A DNA stretch of 64,000 nt, filler included, from Octopus bimaculoides (GCF_001194135.2; 9 parts of 8 records of this genome joined end to end with filler, not necessarily neighbours in it); one strand, 5' to 3'. Counted from the whole stretch's first letter, positions 12,541-25,501 are shown. Program-made: numbers and translations. Notes: generated by a model not told the origin, from the letters alone.

Positions 12541-14408
12541 GTAAAGACATTAAGACAAGATCTGGATAGAAGAAAAATCTGGAAACTGAACAAGTTAGGA
12601 AACACAACATGCAAATCTTCCCTCGAGAGAAGATACTTAGTCAAAGAGAAAGAATTTAGGGCAGTCATTGAAGAGTTGAAACAACGTATCATAGCAGTAG
12701 CAGGGAAGCTTTCCCGATATCAGAAAAGAATATATGAGTATCAATAGAATAGATTATTTGAGACAGACCAGAGGAGATTTTATAACCAAATAAATAATGA
12801 AGAACGAAGTACTGAATGTGAGACTCCTAATGCAGAAAAAGCTAGAAAGGCCTGGAGTAATGTTTGGGATAAAGCAATTAATCACAATGGCGATACAGTA
12901 TGGCTAAAGAAAGTGAGGGAAGAAATAGTGAGTGAGAAGCAGCCAGATCTAAGATTAACTAATGCATTAATGAGTAAAGTGTTATGGAAAATGCCAAATT
13001 GGAAGGGCCCAGGACCAGATTTAGTAAATTTAGTAGTTTACATGGGAAGCTGACAAAACAATCGCTACCCACTACCTATAGGAGTGCCTTAATTAAGGAA
13101 TGATACCAAATTGGTTGACTGGATGAATGACAATACTCTATGAGAGATAAGATCAAGGTTAATGCCGCTAGCAAGTATAGATCAATCACTTGCTTACCAT
13201 TAGTGTGGAAGCTGTTAACAGGAATGCTTTCAGAAAGCATTTACGAGCATCTTGACAACCATAATTTACTATCAGAAGAACAGAAAGATTGCAGGAAGAA
13301 GGCTAGAGGAATGCATGATCTATTATAATAAGAGAAAGCAGTTCCAAATGAAGCAAAAGTTAGAAAGAAAAATCTAACAATAGGATGGATAGATTATAAG
13401 AAAGCCTATGGCATGATCCTACACTCCATGGATAAGTGAAATCTGAATTAGCAAAGCTAAATCGAAGATCTAGGAAGGAATTCAATATGAATGGAGGACT
13501 CCATCCAAGAGCAGGTGTAGCAAGATTATACTTGCCTAGAAAGGAAAGTGGAGTTATCTACAGTAAATACAGACTCCTATGTAGGTAAGAGTGAAGAAAA
13601 TTTATTTAGAGCTGCTAGAGTCACACCAGTACATATGGTAACCAAAACGCCAATTGAAGTTAAAAACCAGAAAAAGAACAAAAGTTATCTGACTGGGAGA
13701 AGGCTTTGTATGGTAGATTCTCAAAGATAGTTGCAGCAAATAGTAGTAATGAGACATGGCTATGGTTGTAGAGGGGAAAGCTGAAAAGGGAGAAGGAAAG
13801 TTTATTAGTAGCTGCACAAGATCAAGCATTAAGATAGACGAAAACCAAGTAAATTCCCTATGTAGATTATGCAAATCAAAAGAGGAAAGCGTTGCTCATA
13901 TAGTAAGTGAAAGTAGCACAGAAAGCATACAAGAATAGACATGACAACCTAGGGAGAGTAATCCACAGAGAGTTATGTAGAAAGCTAGGATTTGAACATA
14001 CTAATAAATGGACCTAGTAAAGTACTAGAAAGTAAGAGAATACAAGATGCTGTGGGACTTTAACATTCAGACTGACAAAGTAATAGAAACTAGAAGGTCT
14101 GATTTGGTAGTAGTAGATAAAGAGAATAGAAAGTGCCAGATAATTGACTTTACAGTCCCGAATGATGAAAAAACTAATATGAGAAGTATAGAAAATATAA
14201 CAAAGTACCAGGACCAAGCTGTTGAATTAGGGGGACTATGGAAAGTGCGGGAAAATGTATCCCAGTAGTTATAGGTGCTTTGAGAACTATCCCTAAAAGT
14301 TTGAACAGATGGATAGAGGAAATATGCATAAAACCTAGGTTAGTACAGCTCCAAAAAACAATGTTATTAAGGACAGCTAGGATAGTTAGGAGGGTTCTTG
14401 GCATCTAA
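12541..14408 (+). mobile_element. Decayed, 5'-truncated non-LTR retrotransposon, R4/Dong-like (RT, CCHC knuckle, restriction-like endonuclease)
   Basis: Fragments MPNWKGPGPD, YRSITCLPLVWKLLTG, WIDYKKAY, LVAAQDQALR, CRLCKSKEESVAHIVSE, LWDFNIQTDKVIETRRSDLVVVD..IIDF..KYQD; stop TAA at 14406-14408; many stops and frameshifts; C-terminal RT motifs deleted. Confidence 0.92.
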
Positions 14409-14521
14409 GGTTATTTGGCTTCTAAGGTTACACTTTTACCGTTTGGGAAATTAGCGCATGTTTTCAACGGTTATTCTTATAAGACTGGCAGAGGTAGTTG
14501 AGTTTAACCCAAGGCGTTAAG

Positions 14522-14577
14522 AGCCGCTGATGAGGCTTAAAATGGTCTACATCAAAATCCGAAATCGTGATCCGGCT
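14522..14577 (+). ncRNA. Minimal type I hammerhead ribozyme motif
   Basis: AGCCG-CTGATGA-G(25 nt)C-GAAA-TCGTGA-TC-CGGCT: 5-bp stem I, intact core, G10.1-C11.1 pair, AUC cleavage triplet. Confidence 0.65.
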
Positions 14578-14750
14578 ATGTACGCTGAGAACTTTGTCAG
14601 TCACTTAAGACAGTGCATTTGTGACTTTGAGTTAGTTTAACTCTTATCTTTAGCAAAAGCGGCTATAGTCAGTACCCTCTGCCCCTTTTCTGACCTCTGT
14701 TAATTCTGTCTCTTGGTTCTAATTGCTAATAAGCCACCCTTTTTAATTTG

Positions 14751-14803
<53 letters not shown>

Positions 14804-15261
14804 NNNNNNNNNNNNNNNNNNNNNNNNNNNNNNNNNNNNNNNNNNNNNNNNNNNNNNNNNNNNNNNNNNNNNNNNNNNNNNNNNNNNNNNNNNNNNNNNN
14901 NNNNNNNNNNNNNNNNNNNNNNNNNNNNNNNNNNNNNNNNNNNNNNNNNNNNNNNNNNNNNNNNNNNNNNNNNNNNNNNNNNNNNNNNNNNNNNNNNNNN
15001 NNNNNNNNNNNNNNNNNNNNNNNNNNNNNNNNNNNNNNNNNNNNNNNNNNNNNNNNNNNNNNNNNNNNNNNNNNNNNNNNNNNNNNNNNNNNNNNNNNNN
15101 NNNNNNNNNNNNNNNNNNNNNNNNNNNNNNNNNNNNNNNNNNNNNNNNNNNNNNNNNNNNNNNNNNNNNNNNNNNNNNNNNNNNNNNNNNNNNNNNNNNN
15201 NNNNNNNNNNNNNNNNNNNNNNNNNNNNNNNNNNNNNNNNNNNNNNNNNNNNNNNNNNNNN

Positions 15262-15320
<59 letters not shown>

Positions 15321-15639
15321 ATATATATATATCTAAGAATGTTTTCATTTACCTCTGTGTGCATGTACGTATGCGTGCACATGTGTATATATATATATGT
15401 ATATATGTATGTACCTTTTTCTTAGAGATTTATGATCTTCATAGAATTCAAGCCGGACACTAACAAAGTGATAATGCATATTTTTCTTTTCTTTTACTTT
15501 GAGCGAAAATTGTTCAGACGATTTATGAACATTTGAATAAGTTAGTGTGTACATCTATGTAGGTTCGTGTTTAGGTGATATTCTTGCACTTATGTAATGG
15601 GTATGTACGTGCGTACATATATATATATTTTTTTTAACA

Positions 15640-15860
15640 TTTTTTTATTGCCCACAAGGGGCTAAACATAGAGGGGACAAACAAGGACAGACAAAGAGAT
15701 TAAGTCGATTACATCGACCCAGTTCGTAACTGGTACTTAATTTATCGACCCTGAAAGGATGGAAGGTTAAGTCAACCTCGGCGGAATTTGAACTCAGAAC
15801 GTAACGGCAGACGAAATACCGCTAAGAATTTCGCCTGGCGTGCTAACGATTCTGCCAGCT
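15640..15860 (-). mobile_element. SINE E, near full length
   Basis: GGCGTGCTAACGATTCTGCCAGCTCG head, GAATTTGAACTCAG B box, GCCCACAAGGGGCTAAACATAGAGG 3' part. Confidence 0.9.
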
Positions 15861-15940
15861 CGTACATATTTGTCTGTGTGCTCACGGGCCTATGTATGTA
15901 TGTGAATGTGCACGTGTTTGTGTGCTTGCTTGCTTGTGTA

Positions 15941-15941
15941 A

Positions 15942-16036
<95 letters not shown>
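15941..16036. repeat. (TG)n microsatellite
   Basis: Direct reading. Confidence 0.95.
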
Positions 16037-16037
<1 letters not shown>

Positions 16038-16591
16038 ATGTATATTTTTCTTCCCAGAAAGAAAAGAAAATACTAAGATGAAAGCTTTGTTGAAAAGTTT
16101 TACCAACTTCACTGTAATTCTAACTGTTGGCGTGTAGGGACACCGTACTTCGTTATTCAACGATAATATAATATAAAGTATATTAAATGTTTTTATAAGT
16201 CAATATCGTGTTCCACTGTGTTAGCAGTGCTATTAAATCTCTACACATTCCTTATAGAAATTATAACCAGCACTGATTTCTTACGACGTTTCGTATCCGA
16301 AGACATCTAATGTGAACAACAACGTGATCGAAGACGGAAAAATGGGTAATGGTTGTATATGCCATATTTCATGAGTTCTTCTTCCTTCATCAACATCTAT
16401 AGAAAATCTGTAGAGATTCTAGTTCTAGCTTTTGATGAAATCTGCTTTTAGATGTCCCAATGAACCACAATGATAGCAATGAGAGCAAATGAAAATATGT
16501 TGTGCAGATAAAAAGCCTGTAATATACTCGTTCACTCACCGGAAAAGAAAAGTTTTGTTTTTCCATATCATTGTATACATGCCCAGGGTGA

Positions 16592-16925
16592 CAAGCTGAC
16601 AGAAACGTTAGCATACCGGACACGGTGATCTGCGTAATTTCGTCCGTCTTTACGTTCAGAGTTTAAATTCCGCCGAGGTCGACTTTGCTGGCTTTGTGCC
16701 AGAATTTGAAATCAATCTTTTCTAAGATTCTAAGGCGGCGTGGTGGTAGAACCGTCATCACGCCGGGCAAAATGCTTAGCAGAGTTCAAATTCCACCAAG
16801 GTCGACTTTGCTTTTCATCCTTTTAGAGTAGATAAAATAAGTACCAGTTGAGTACTGAGGCCGATGGAATTGACTTTCGCCTTTCCCCGAAATTGTTGGT
16901 CGTGTGCCAAAATTTGAAACCATTA
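16592..16925 (+). mobile_element. Two tandem SINE E copies
   Basis: Heads at about 16592 and 16732, each with GAGTTyAAATTCC and GTCGACTTTGC; second ends TTTGAAACCATTAT. Confidence 0.85.
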
Positions 16926-17044
16926 TATAAATTTTGCTGAAAGAAATTAGGAATGAAATTAGGAAAAGTTGTCTGAGACAAATTCACCGTATGGACAATA
17001 GTAAAGCGTAACATATCAACATTTTTTTTTAATATAAAAAAGAA

Positions 17045-17435
17045 TAAAGATTATTTGCCAACATAACATGGCAGTCCCGGTTTAGGACTAATGTTGCTGT
17101 AATTTGCTGTGTTTATATTTTCCAACAAGGGAATCTAGCACCCCACTCAGCTCAAAACAATATCTGTGTATCGCGGTTTCTGGGTTATTTCTCTTCATCA
17201 GCACAGAATAATTGCTCGGCAAGAGGTGACGCTGCTAAATTACCGTTCGAAATATATAGTTTTCAAAGTGACAACTAGTCACAGATCGTGTCGTATAGCC
17301 AGCTGGAGACGATGTCTCCTGGGGCTAAATTACAGCAACATTAGTCCTAAACCAGGACTGTCATGTTATGTTGGCAAACAATCTTTACTACAAAGTACTC
17401 TTGCTGAATATCTCACGTTGTGAGATTTAAAAAAA
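17045..17435. mobile_element. Fold-back element with 61-bp inverted arms and a central hammerhead-like motif
   Basis: 17045-17105 is the reverse complement of 17327-17387 with about 3 mismatches; related sequence at 58907-59177. Confidence 0.7.
17163..17207 (-). ncRNA. Type I hammerhead-like motif, partly degenerate
   Basis: Minus strand TCTGTG-CTGATGA-(14 nt)-GAAA-CCGCGA-TA-CACAGA: perfect 6-bp stem I and intact core, but no stem II pairing and one stem III mismatch. Confidence 0.5.
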
Positions 17436-18334
17436 TAGTAATTTTATAAAAAAAGGATAATAAAAAATTTATAAATGTATTAAATAGGCAAGCCTTTATT
17501 GAACGTCAAACGCTGATGAGGTCATTTAAAACGAAATTTCTTACGGTGAATTTTCCTACAACAAAAATGTTTACGGTGAAATCTATTTTAACCCTGTACT
17601 TGATACGTTCTCACCAACAGAAAAGGTGAACATTAAAACAGGGCCCGACTTTTGTTCCCTATCCCACAGACTAATATTAAAACTATTGTATCTGTATCTG
17701 GTTACTGTGGTTTTTTATTGGTGTGCTCCACGGATATTTATTCCTTACTTTTAAATGGGTGGATACATTCTATTCCTGGGAAGATAGCTCCTTAACGGCC
17801 ATCGTTTCGAACCGTTGCTGATAATAAGAATACGATTTATATACAGCGTTACAGCACATTCAGCGTATTCTATCACAACCTTACGTATTGGTGGCATCTT
17901 CATCCATTTTATTTGATATGTATTTTTCCTCTGAACATTGAAGCTGTGATACAATGTTTCTCTCACAGTTCCAGGAGAGGCTCCTATTTTAACCAATGTC
18001 TTTTGAATTATTTTAGCTTGAGGAAAACATACCGTTATGTATTTTCCAGTTGGAAATGATCACTGATTTTCCCTTACGTTTCTCCTTAAGTATTTTAGTG
18101 CTACTAATCTTATGTTACGACGAGGGTCCCAGTGATTCGATCAACGGAACGCTCTGCCCATGAAATTAATTTGCATTAACAAAAGCGCAAGGTTTGTTTG
18201 TTGGGGATCAAGACAGTACCAGTCTCATGTAGTTTGAGAGCGCATGCGTGTATCTGTTTATGTAATGTGTGTGTATGTATGTGCACGTATATATGTATAT
18301 GTATATATACATTTATATATATATACATATATAT

Positions 18335-18427
<93 letters not shown>

Positions 18428-18833
18428 AAACACGATGTCAGGTAGNNNNNNNNNNNNNNNNNNNNNNNNNNNNNNNNNNNNNNNNNNNNNNNNNNNNNNN
18501 NNNNNNNNNNNNNNNNNNNNNNNNNNNNNNNNNNNNNNNNNNNNNNNNNNNNNNNNNNNNNNNNNNNNNNNNNNNNNNNNNNNNNNNNNNNNNNNNNNNN
18601 NNNNNNNNNNNNNNNNNNNNNNNNNNNNNNAGAGAGAGAGAGAGAGAGAGAGATACATACATACATACATACATACATACATACATACATACATACATAG
18701 AGTTAACGTTTATTCCGACTGAAACGTGGGTGTTCAGTTAGAACAAACATCGCTTTTTAAGTGGGAATAAATATTACCTGTCGGTATTAATGCCTTTTCT
18801 GTCGTTAATATATAAATAGTTAAGTACGCCTGT

Positions 18834-19064
18834 ATGTATTACGTACGCATGTATGTGTGTATGTATGTATGTATGTATGTATGTATGCATGTATGTATTA
18901 TGTTTGTATGTATGCATGTATGTATGTGTGGTATATGTATGTATTTACGTATGTATGTACTATGTACGTATGTATGTATGTACGTATGTACGTATGTATG
19001 TTTGTATACTTGTATGTCTGTCTGTCTGTATGCATGTATGTATGTATGTATGTATGTATGTATA

Positions 19065-19102
<38 letters not shown>

Positions 19103-19119
19103 TGTATGTNNNNNNNNNN

Positions 19120-19165
<46 letters not shown>

Positions 19166-19318
19166 TGTATGTATGTTTGTATGTATGTATATATATATAT
19201 GTATATATATATATATGTATGTATGCATGCATGTATGTATGTATGTATGTATGTATGTATGTATGTATGTATGTTTGTATGTATGTATGTTTGTATGTAT
19301 GTATGTATTTATGTATGT
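18834..19318. repeat. Compound (TATG)n/(TA)n microsatellite
   Basis: Direct reading; contains a 10-N gap. Confidence 0.95.
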
Positions 19319-20227
19319 CAGTGGAGCATCGTGCAATGAAGTCGACCCTAAAACCATATTGTTTCGAAACTATTTCCTTAAACACACAATCACAACATGC
19401 AATCGTAACTGATCCCATTCTGATAAATTTCTTCCTTATTCTTCTTAGAGAGGGCAAAAACCCTGAAATACAAAAAAAAAAAAAAAAAAAAAAAAGAGAG
19501 AGAGAGAAATAGAACATGAGAATCGGCGAGTGATATTCTTTCCTGGGAAATATAAAGACAAGTTCGACAATCTTTTCTGAAATATAAAAAATTATAAATT
19601 GGACGGTTTTTTTAAGGTTGAGTTGAGAGATAAATCTCGTGTCGGATTGAGCTGATAAGAAATAAATACCCTTCTTGATAGGATGTTTGCTACTTACACA
19701 GAAATTGCTGCCGTTGTTATCGCTGTTGTTGCTGCTGTTGTATTTGTCTTTGTTGTTGTTGTTGTTGTTGCTGTTGTTGTTGTTGTTGTTTACCCCAGAT
19801 CTACTCCCGTTAGTTCGTTTACGCTTGAGGTATTGAACTTAGCTAACCAGATAATGTCAATGAACTATTAGTGTTGTTACTACTTTCAGCGTGAAATACG
19901 TAGCACCTTTTGATACCTACTTACATGTAGATAGATTAGGCTGTTGACAGTTAAATTTCTAGACTCAGGGCCCAGTTCTTGGAAAATTACATGGCGCTGT
20001 GGTGGCTGCTCACATCCAAATAGGATTGATTGGTTACCATGGACACAGTACAATGAAATAGTACATCTGGAAAAGATAAACAGCTGACAGTTAAGTATGT
20101 TAGTTATTGACACTGTAGAGTAAACTATACCATGCCATAGTGTGGTACCCGCTCACAGTTTGGTGGAATGAAATGATGGTAGTTAAGTACATTGGTCACA
20201 AAGACGGATCAACGAACTGTACCATAC

Positions 20228-20429
20228 TTTATTCTTTTACTCTTTTACTTGTTTCAGTCATTCGACTGTGGCTATGCTGGAGCACCGCCTTTAGTCGAGC
20301 AAATCGACCCCAGGACTTATTCTTTGTAAGCCTAGTTCTTATTCTATCAGTCTCTTTTTGCCGAAACGCTAGATTACAGGGACGTAAACACACCAGCATC
20401 GGTTGACAAGCGATGTTGAGGGGACAAAC

Positions 20430-20470
<41 letters not shown>

Positions 20471-20638
20471 TACATACGACGGGCTTCTTTCAGTTTCTGT
20501 CTACCAAATCCACTCACAAGGCTTTGGTCGACCCGAGGCTATAGTTGAAGACACTTGCCCAAGGTGCGGCGCAGTGGGACTGAACTCGGAACCATGTGAT
20601 TCGTAAGCAAGCTACTTACCACACAGCCACTCCTACGC
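20228..20638 (-). mobile_element. SINE A, full length
   Basis: Head GCGTAGGAGTGGCTGTGTGGTAAG, internal (TG)n and (GTAAAAGA)n tail all present. Confidence 0.92.
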
Positions 20639-20851
20639 TTATACTGTGGAGCCTATTTTCAAGTAGGAGGTGTGGGCTTCCGGTAGTTAAGTGTCTTGGT
20701 GTGGACAAAATATAGCTGTGTCATACAATGTATATTTTACGGTATTGTTAAATAGTATGGGTTGTTGACAGTGAAGTACTTTGGTCACGAGGTATAGCAC
20801 AGGGAATTATACCACACTCTGGTATTTTCTGTTAGGTTACCTGTGATGTTG

Positions 20852-21195
20852 TGAAGGCGCGTGGCTCAATGGTTAGAGCGTTGGGCTCACAATCACGAGG
20901 TGGTGAGTTCGATTCTCGGACCGGGCTGTGTGTTGTGTTCTTGAGCAAGACACCATGTTTCACGTTGCTCCAGTTCACTCAGCTGTAGAAATGAGTTGTG
21001 ACGTCACCGGTGCCAAGCTGTATTGGCCCCATTGCCTTTCCCTTGGATAACATCGGTGGCGTGGAGAGGGGAAGGCTGGTATGCATGGTCGACTGTTGGT
21101 CTTCCATAAACAACATTGCCGCGGAGGGTAACTTTCTAGGTGCAAGCCCATGGTCATTTCATGACCGTAGGGAGTCTTTAGCCTTCTACTCTTAA
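20852..21195 (+). mobile_element. SINE family C, full length, with probable TSD
   Basis: A box TGGCTCAATGGTTAG, B box GAGTTCGATTC; flanked by CTGTGATGTTG (20841-20851) and CTGTAATGTTG (21196-21206). Confidence 0.88.
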
Positions 21196-22494
21196 CTGTA
21201 ATGTTGACAGTTGTCGAAGTTGGCTAGGATATTAACAAGTGTCTTACACGTGGTCATAGTACAGTAAAATGTGCCACATTATGACATTCACATGCAACCA
21301 TGTGATCAATGTCTTGGTCATGGATACAATACAGTAAACTATACCATATGGCATTTATCAACATATTTGTTGACAAACCAGTTCAAATGAAAGTGCCTTT
21401 GACAAAGATAAATTACAAAAATCATTTGAATTTGTTGTCTTCTTATAGTTGGTTCGTTGCTTAAATAATGGGTATAATTATAGTCAAATTATGCTAGCCT
21501 CAAATATTTAGTTACACTTAAATTGATTGAGCTATCGACAGCAATATATTTTGGTTTTTATCATAACACTAGATGGTTTACCTAAAGAAAAGTTCTTCGT
21601 AGACTGTCAATTATTCGTTGGACTTGCCGATCACAACGGCAACACAATTTATTTCGAAGTTCTGCACTCGGAAACCCAATTCAAATAAAATTGTATGCCA
21701 TAAATGTTCGTACAACCTTATTTCTAGCATCGATTCTTTCGATGGCATTACATTTGCTTGTATCGCGATATCTTAAAGAGATAGGTTTCCAGACAGCCGT
21801 TCGAGGTAAAACGCCTCGTAACTTGTCACCCGAATCGCATTCCCTCACTTGGTACAGCCCACCTAATATTGTAAATAATTTCGATCATTTTATAGTCCAG
21901 CCATTACTGGACGGAGTGAAAGCTGCTTACAATATACTATTTTCCGCCTTTGTGGGTAGCCATTCTTTAGACCCTCTCTATCAATAATGTTCGATAAACC
22001 TTGTGAAATTTATCTCGGTTCTTTGTGTCTCGGTTTCAAATTTCGTTGAGATCACTTTTGCTTTCCATCCCTCAAGGGTTAATATTTAGAATACGAATCT
22101 ACGATAGTGGTCTTGACGAACTGTTTGAGCGTTCAGACGTGATGCTTTTTCCGGCTCTTTGAGTTCCACTTTTAAACTCCTCTGTGGCCTTCTAATAAAC
22201 TTAATCAGTCACACGGTTTGACACTATCACTCCTTGATCTTTGGGTAACTTGAACAAAGTTCATCCAAACATTTTGGCCCGGTTTCCAGTATGAGGGTGG
22301 TGTTTTCATCCCGCTCTCGAACAACATAGCGGTAAAGTTTTCACTGCGGTATTGTATTATATAAGAAAATTAGGCCTCTTTTATAACACACATTATGATG
22401 CTTGTATTAGAGCACAAAATATTAAGTATAAAAGGTTTAATTTCATATAATATTTGTTGACCATACTGCTTGCACCGTATAATATTATTATGTC

Positions 22495-22615
22495 CAGGGA
22501 ATGACTTTAAGCTGCATCCTCTCAGACGCTGTTTTTCCCTGGTCTACTCTGACCCAGAATAGTTTCACTTGTCTGAGCCCCTGTTTTGGGTTAACTAACA
22601 TGTGAACCATTGGGA
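22495..22615 (-). mobile_element. Second copy of the 10978-11145 repeat
   Basis: ATGACTTTAAGCTGCAT..CCCTGGTCTACTCTGACCCAG..TGGGTTAACTA. Confidence 0.6.
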
Positions 22616-23169
22616 GTGAACAACCCCCAGCTTTTGTTAGATCTCCCGATTAGAAGAAGGCAAACTCGAATGAAAAATCTGAAGTGTAGTAGGTTTTTAG
22701 TCGTCTCAATCTTTCTTCTGCCGCTGGTTTTACAGGTAATTGGCCTGAAAAGTGGGTTTAGTGTTGTGCAACACTTAACCCGTCTCGGAAGAAATTAACT
22801 CAGGTACTTCTTGAACCATCGGAACGTTTGCGCAAACTTTCTGAGTTTGGGAGGTGATCTTAATCGGTCACAAATTTTCTTCCACCGTCGAAACATACCA
22901 TAATAGGATATTTGTTATCATAGAGAGTATAATGATCCAGAGCTGTAACTGTAAGTAGTATGATGCTTGCTAAGTCATACAATAAGATAGCAACCATACA
23001 ACAGTATGGTCGATATCTTATACAGCATTATGCTATGTTAAAACTGCATGGTCGCCACTGAAAATGTAAACCATTATGAGTACGTCTCCGATAGGATATA
23101 ATATGATGTCTTGTGTGGTATACAATATTATAGTCTCAAATATAAGTACAACAATTTCAGGAGAGACAG

Positions 23170-23325
23170 TAAGTCAATTATATTTATTCCAGTACTTGAC
23201 TGGTATTTATTTTATCAACACCAAAACGATGAAGGACAAAGTCGACCTCGGGCGAATTTGAACTCAGAACGTAAAGGCGTTAAGCATTTTGCTCAACATG
23301 CTAAAGATTCTGCCATCAAGCCGCT
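23170..23325 (-). mobile_element. SINE E, partial
   Basis: AAAGTCGACCTCGGGCGAATTTGAACTCAGAACG. Confidence 0.8.
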
Positions 23326-23724
23326 CTAGTGTACAAATTTTATAATGTCAGTGTTATAACATACAAGAGTAAAATCGCTATTTTATACAATTCAATACTA
23401 CGAGATACGTGTTGCAACAAACAACGTCATGATAAATGCGCTATAACACGGAATGTACTGTTAGACCTGGATGGTTCCTTTTGTCCGTGTTTTCTAGGAT
23501 TTTGTCCTTGTTTTTTTTTATTGTTGCATTTGTTATTGTTTTGTATTGTGTTTTTTTTTAGTTTTTATATTTTTGTTTTGTCTTGTTTTGTTGTATCTGT
23601 ATATGTACTTTTAAAAGTACAGTTAATTGTACAACATAAAGCGAACAATTGGATATGATGTGAGAGAAACGAGGAGACAGCACAAAACAGAAAGGTGCGG
23701 AGAAACAAAGAAATGTGTGCGTGT

Positions 23725-23756
<32 letters not shown>

Positions 23757-24064
23757 ACATATACATATATGTAAATATGGAAGAGGGATAGAGATAAGGG
23801 GAGCGAGAGTGAGAAAAGGAAAGAGGTGTCAAAACCTATCTAAAAAAAAAAAAAGATCAGTTTTTATCTGAAGATAGAAAAGACTATTCTGAGAAAGAAA
23901 AGGACGAACATGCTATNNNNNNNNNNATGGAGCTGAGAGAGATTAAATAGAGAATGTAGAGAGAGGTGGGGGGGGAGAAAGTGAGAGAGAAAGAAAAACA
24001 GAAAGAAAGATATAAAGAGAACAGTGTGGTGAGGGAGAGATAGATAGTAAAAAAGGAGAAAGGC

Positions 24065-24592
24065 AGAGAAGAGGAGGAGGAGGAAGAAGAAGAAATGGAA
24101 GAAGAAGAAGAAGAAGAAGAAGAAGAAGAAGAAGAAAAAGAAGAAGAAGAAGGAGAAAGAGAAGAAGAAGAAGAAGAAGAAAAAGAAGAAGAAGAAGAAG
24201 AAGAACAACAACAAGAACAAGAACAAGAAGAACAAGAACAAGAAGAACAAGAAGAACAAGAAGAAGAAGAAGAAATGGAAGAAGAAGTAGAAGAAGAAGA
24301 AGAAGAAGAAGGAGAAGAAATGGAAGAAGAAGAAGAAGAAGAAGAAGAAGAAGAAGAATGAAGAAGATGAAGAATGAAGAAGAAGAAGAAGAAGAAGAAG
24401 AAGAAGAAGAAAAAGAAGAAGAAGAAGAAGAAGAAGAAGAAGAAGAAGAAGAAGAAGAAAAAGAAGAATGAAGAAGAAGAAGAAATGGAAGAAGAAGAAG
24501 AAGAAATGGAAGAAGAAGAAGAAGAAATGGAAGAAGAAGAAGAAGAAGAAGAAGAAGAAGAAGAAGAAGAAGAAGAAGAAGAAGAAGAAGGG
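24065..24592. repeat. Long (GAA)n-rich purine tract
   Basis: About 530 bp of GAA with ATG/CAA variant triplets. Confidence 0.95.
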
Positions 24593-24709
24593 AGAGCTGG
24601 GAAGGAAGGAGAGAGTGTGTGTTTTAATGAACTATGAAGATAAGACAAAAAATAAAGAACTGAAACACATTATTAGACAATGAATAATAAACTGGTCTCG
24701 AGGAACTGG

Positions 24710-25335
24710 TGTGTGTGTGTTTGTGCGTGTGTCATAAGTATGTGTGTGCACGTATGTGTGTGTGTATGTGTGCACGTGTGTGTGTGTACGTGTGTGTGTG
24801 CACGTGTGTGTGTATGCACGTGTGTGTGTGCGTGTGCGTGTGTGTTTGTGTGTGTGTGTGTGTGCGCGTGTGTGTCAATGTAAGACTATACATACGTATG
24901 TGTGTGCACGTATGGGCGCGTGTGAACGTGTTTGTGTGCGTGCATACGTGCGTGTGTGTGTGATGTGTGTGCCCGCAGTAGTGTAAATGTGTGTGCTGTG
25001 CGAGTCGGTGCGGGTGAATGTTCTTTTCGTGTTACCGTGAATGAATACATAACCATGCACGCATGTGTGTGTATGTGCGTGCGTCTATGTTGGTGCGTAT
25101 GAGGCTGTCTGTGTCTGTGATTCTATGTGTGTGTTTGTGTGTATTATGTGTTTATATGAGCGTATACATAAACATGTATGCGTGTGAGTATGTGTATGTA
25201 TGTCTGTGCGTGAACATTTGTATGCGTCTTATAGTGTGAAACCGTGCCTGTGTGTGTACATATTCACATATTTATGGGTATGTGTGTGTGTGTGTATGTG
25301 CATGCGTGAGTATATATATATATATATCTTTATAT
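24710..25335. repeat. Degenerate (GT)n low-complexity tract
   Basis: Direct reading. Confidence 0.85.
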
Positions 25336-25458
25336 ATATATATATATATATATATNNNNNNNNNNNNNNNNNNNNNNNNNNNNNNNNNNNNNNNNNNNNT
25401 TAATTAATTAANNNNNNNNNNNNNNNNNNNNNNNNNNNNNNNNNNNNNNNNNNNNTAT

Positions 25459-25501
<43 letters not shown>

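Noticed and set aside
17513-17560. CTGATGAG..CGAAA motif
   Set aside because: No stem I partner for the upstream CAAACG and no stem II; indistinguishable from chance.
21580-21990. CpG-retaining segment with a 98-aa ORF
   Set aside because: No recognisable motif in six frames and no clear splice signals; left unannotated.
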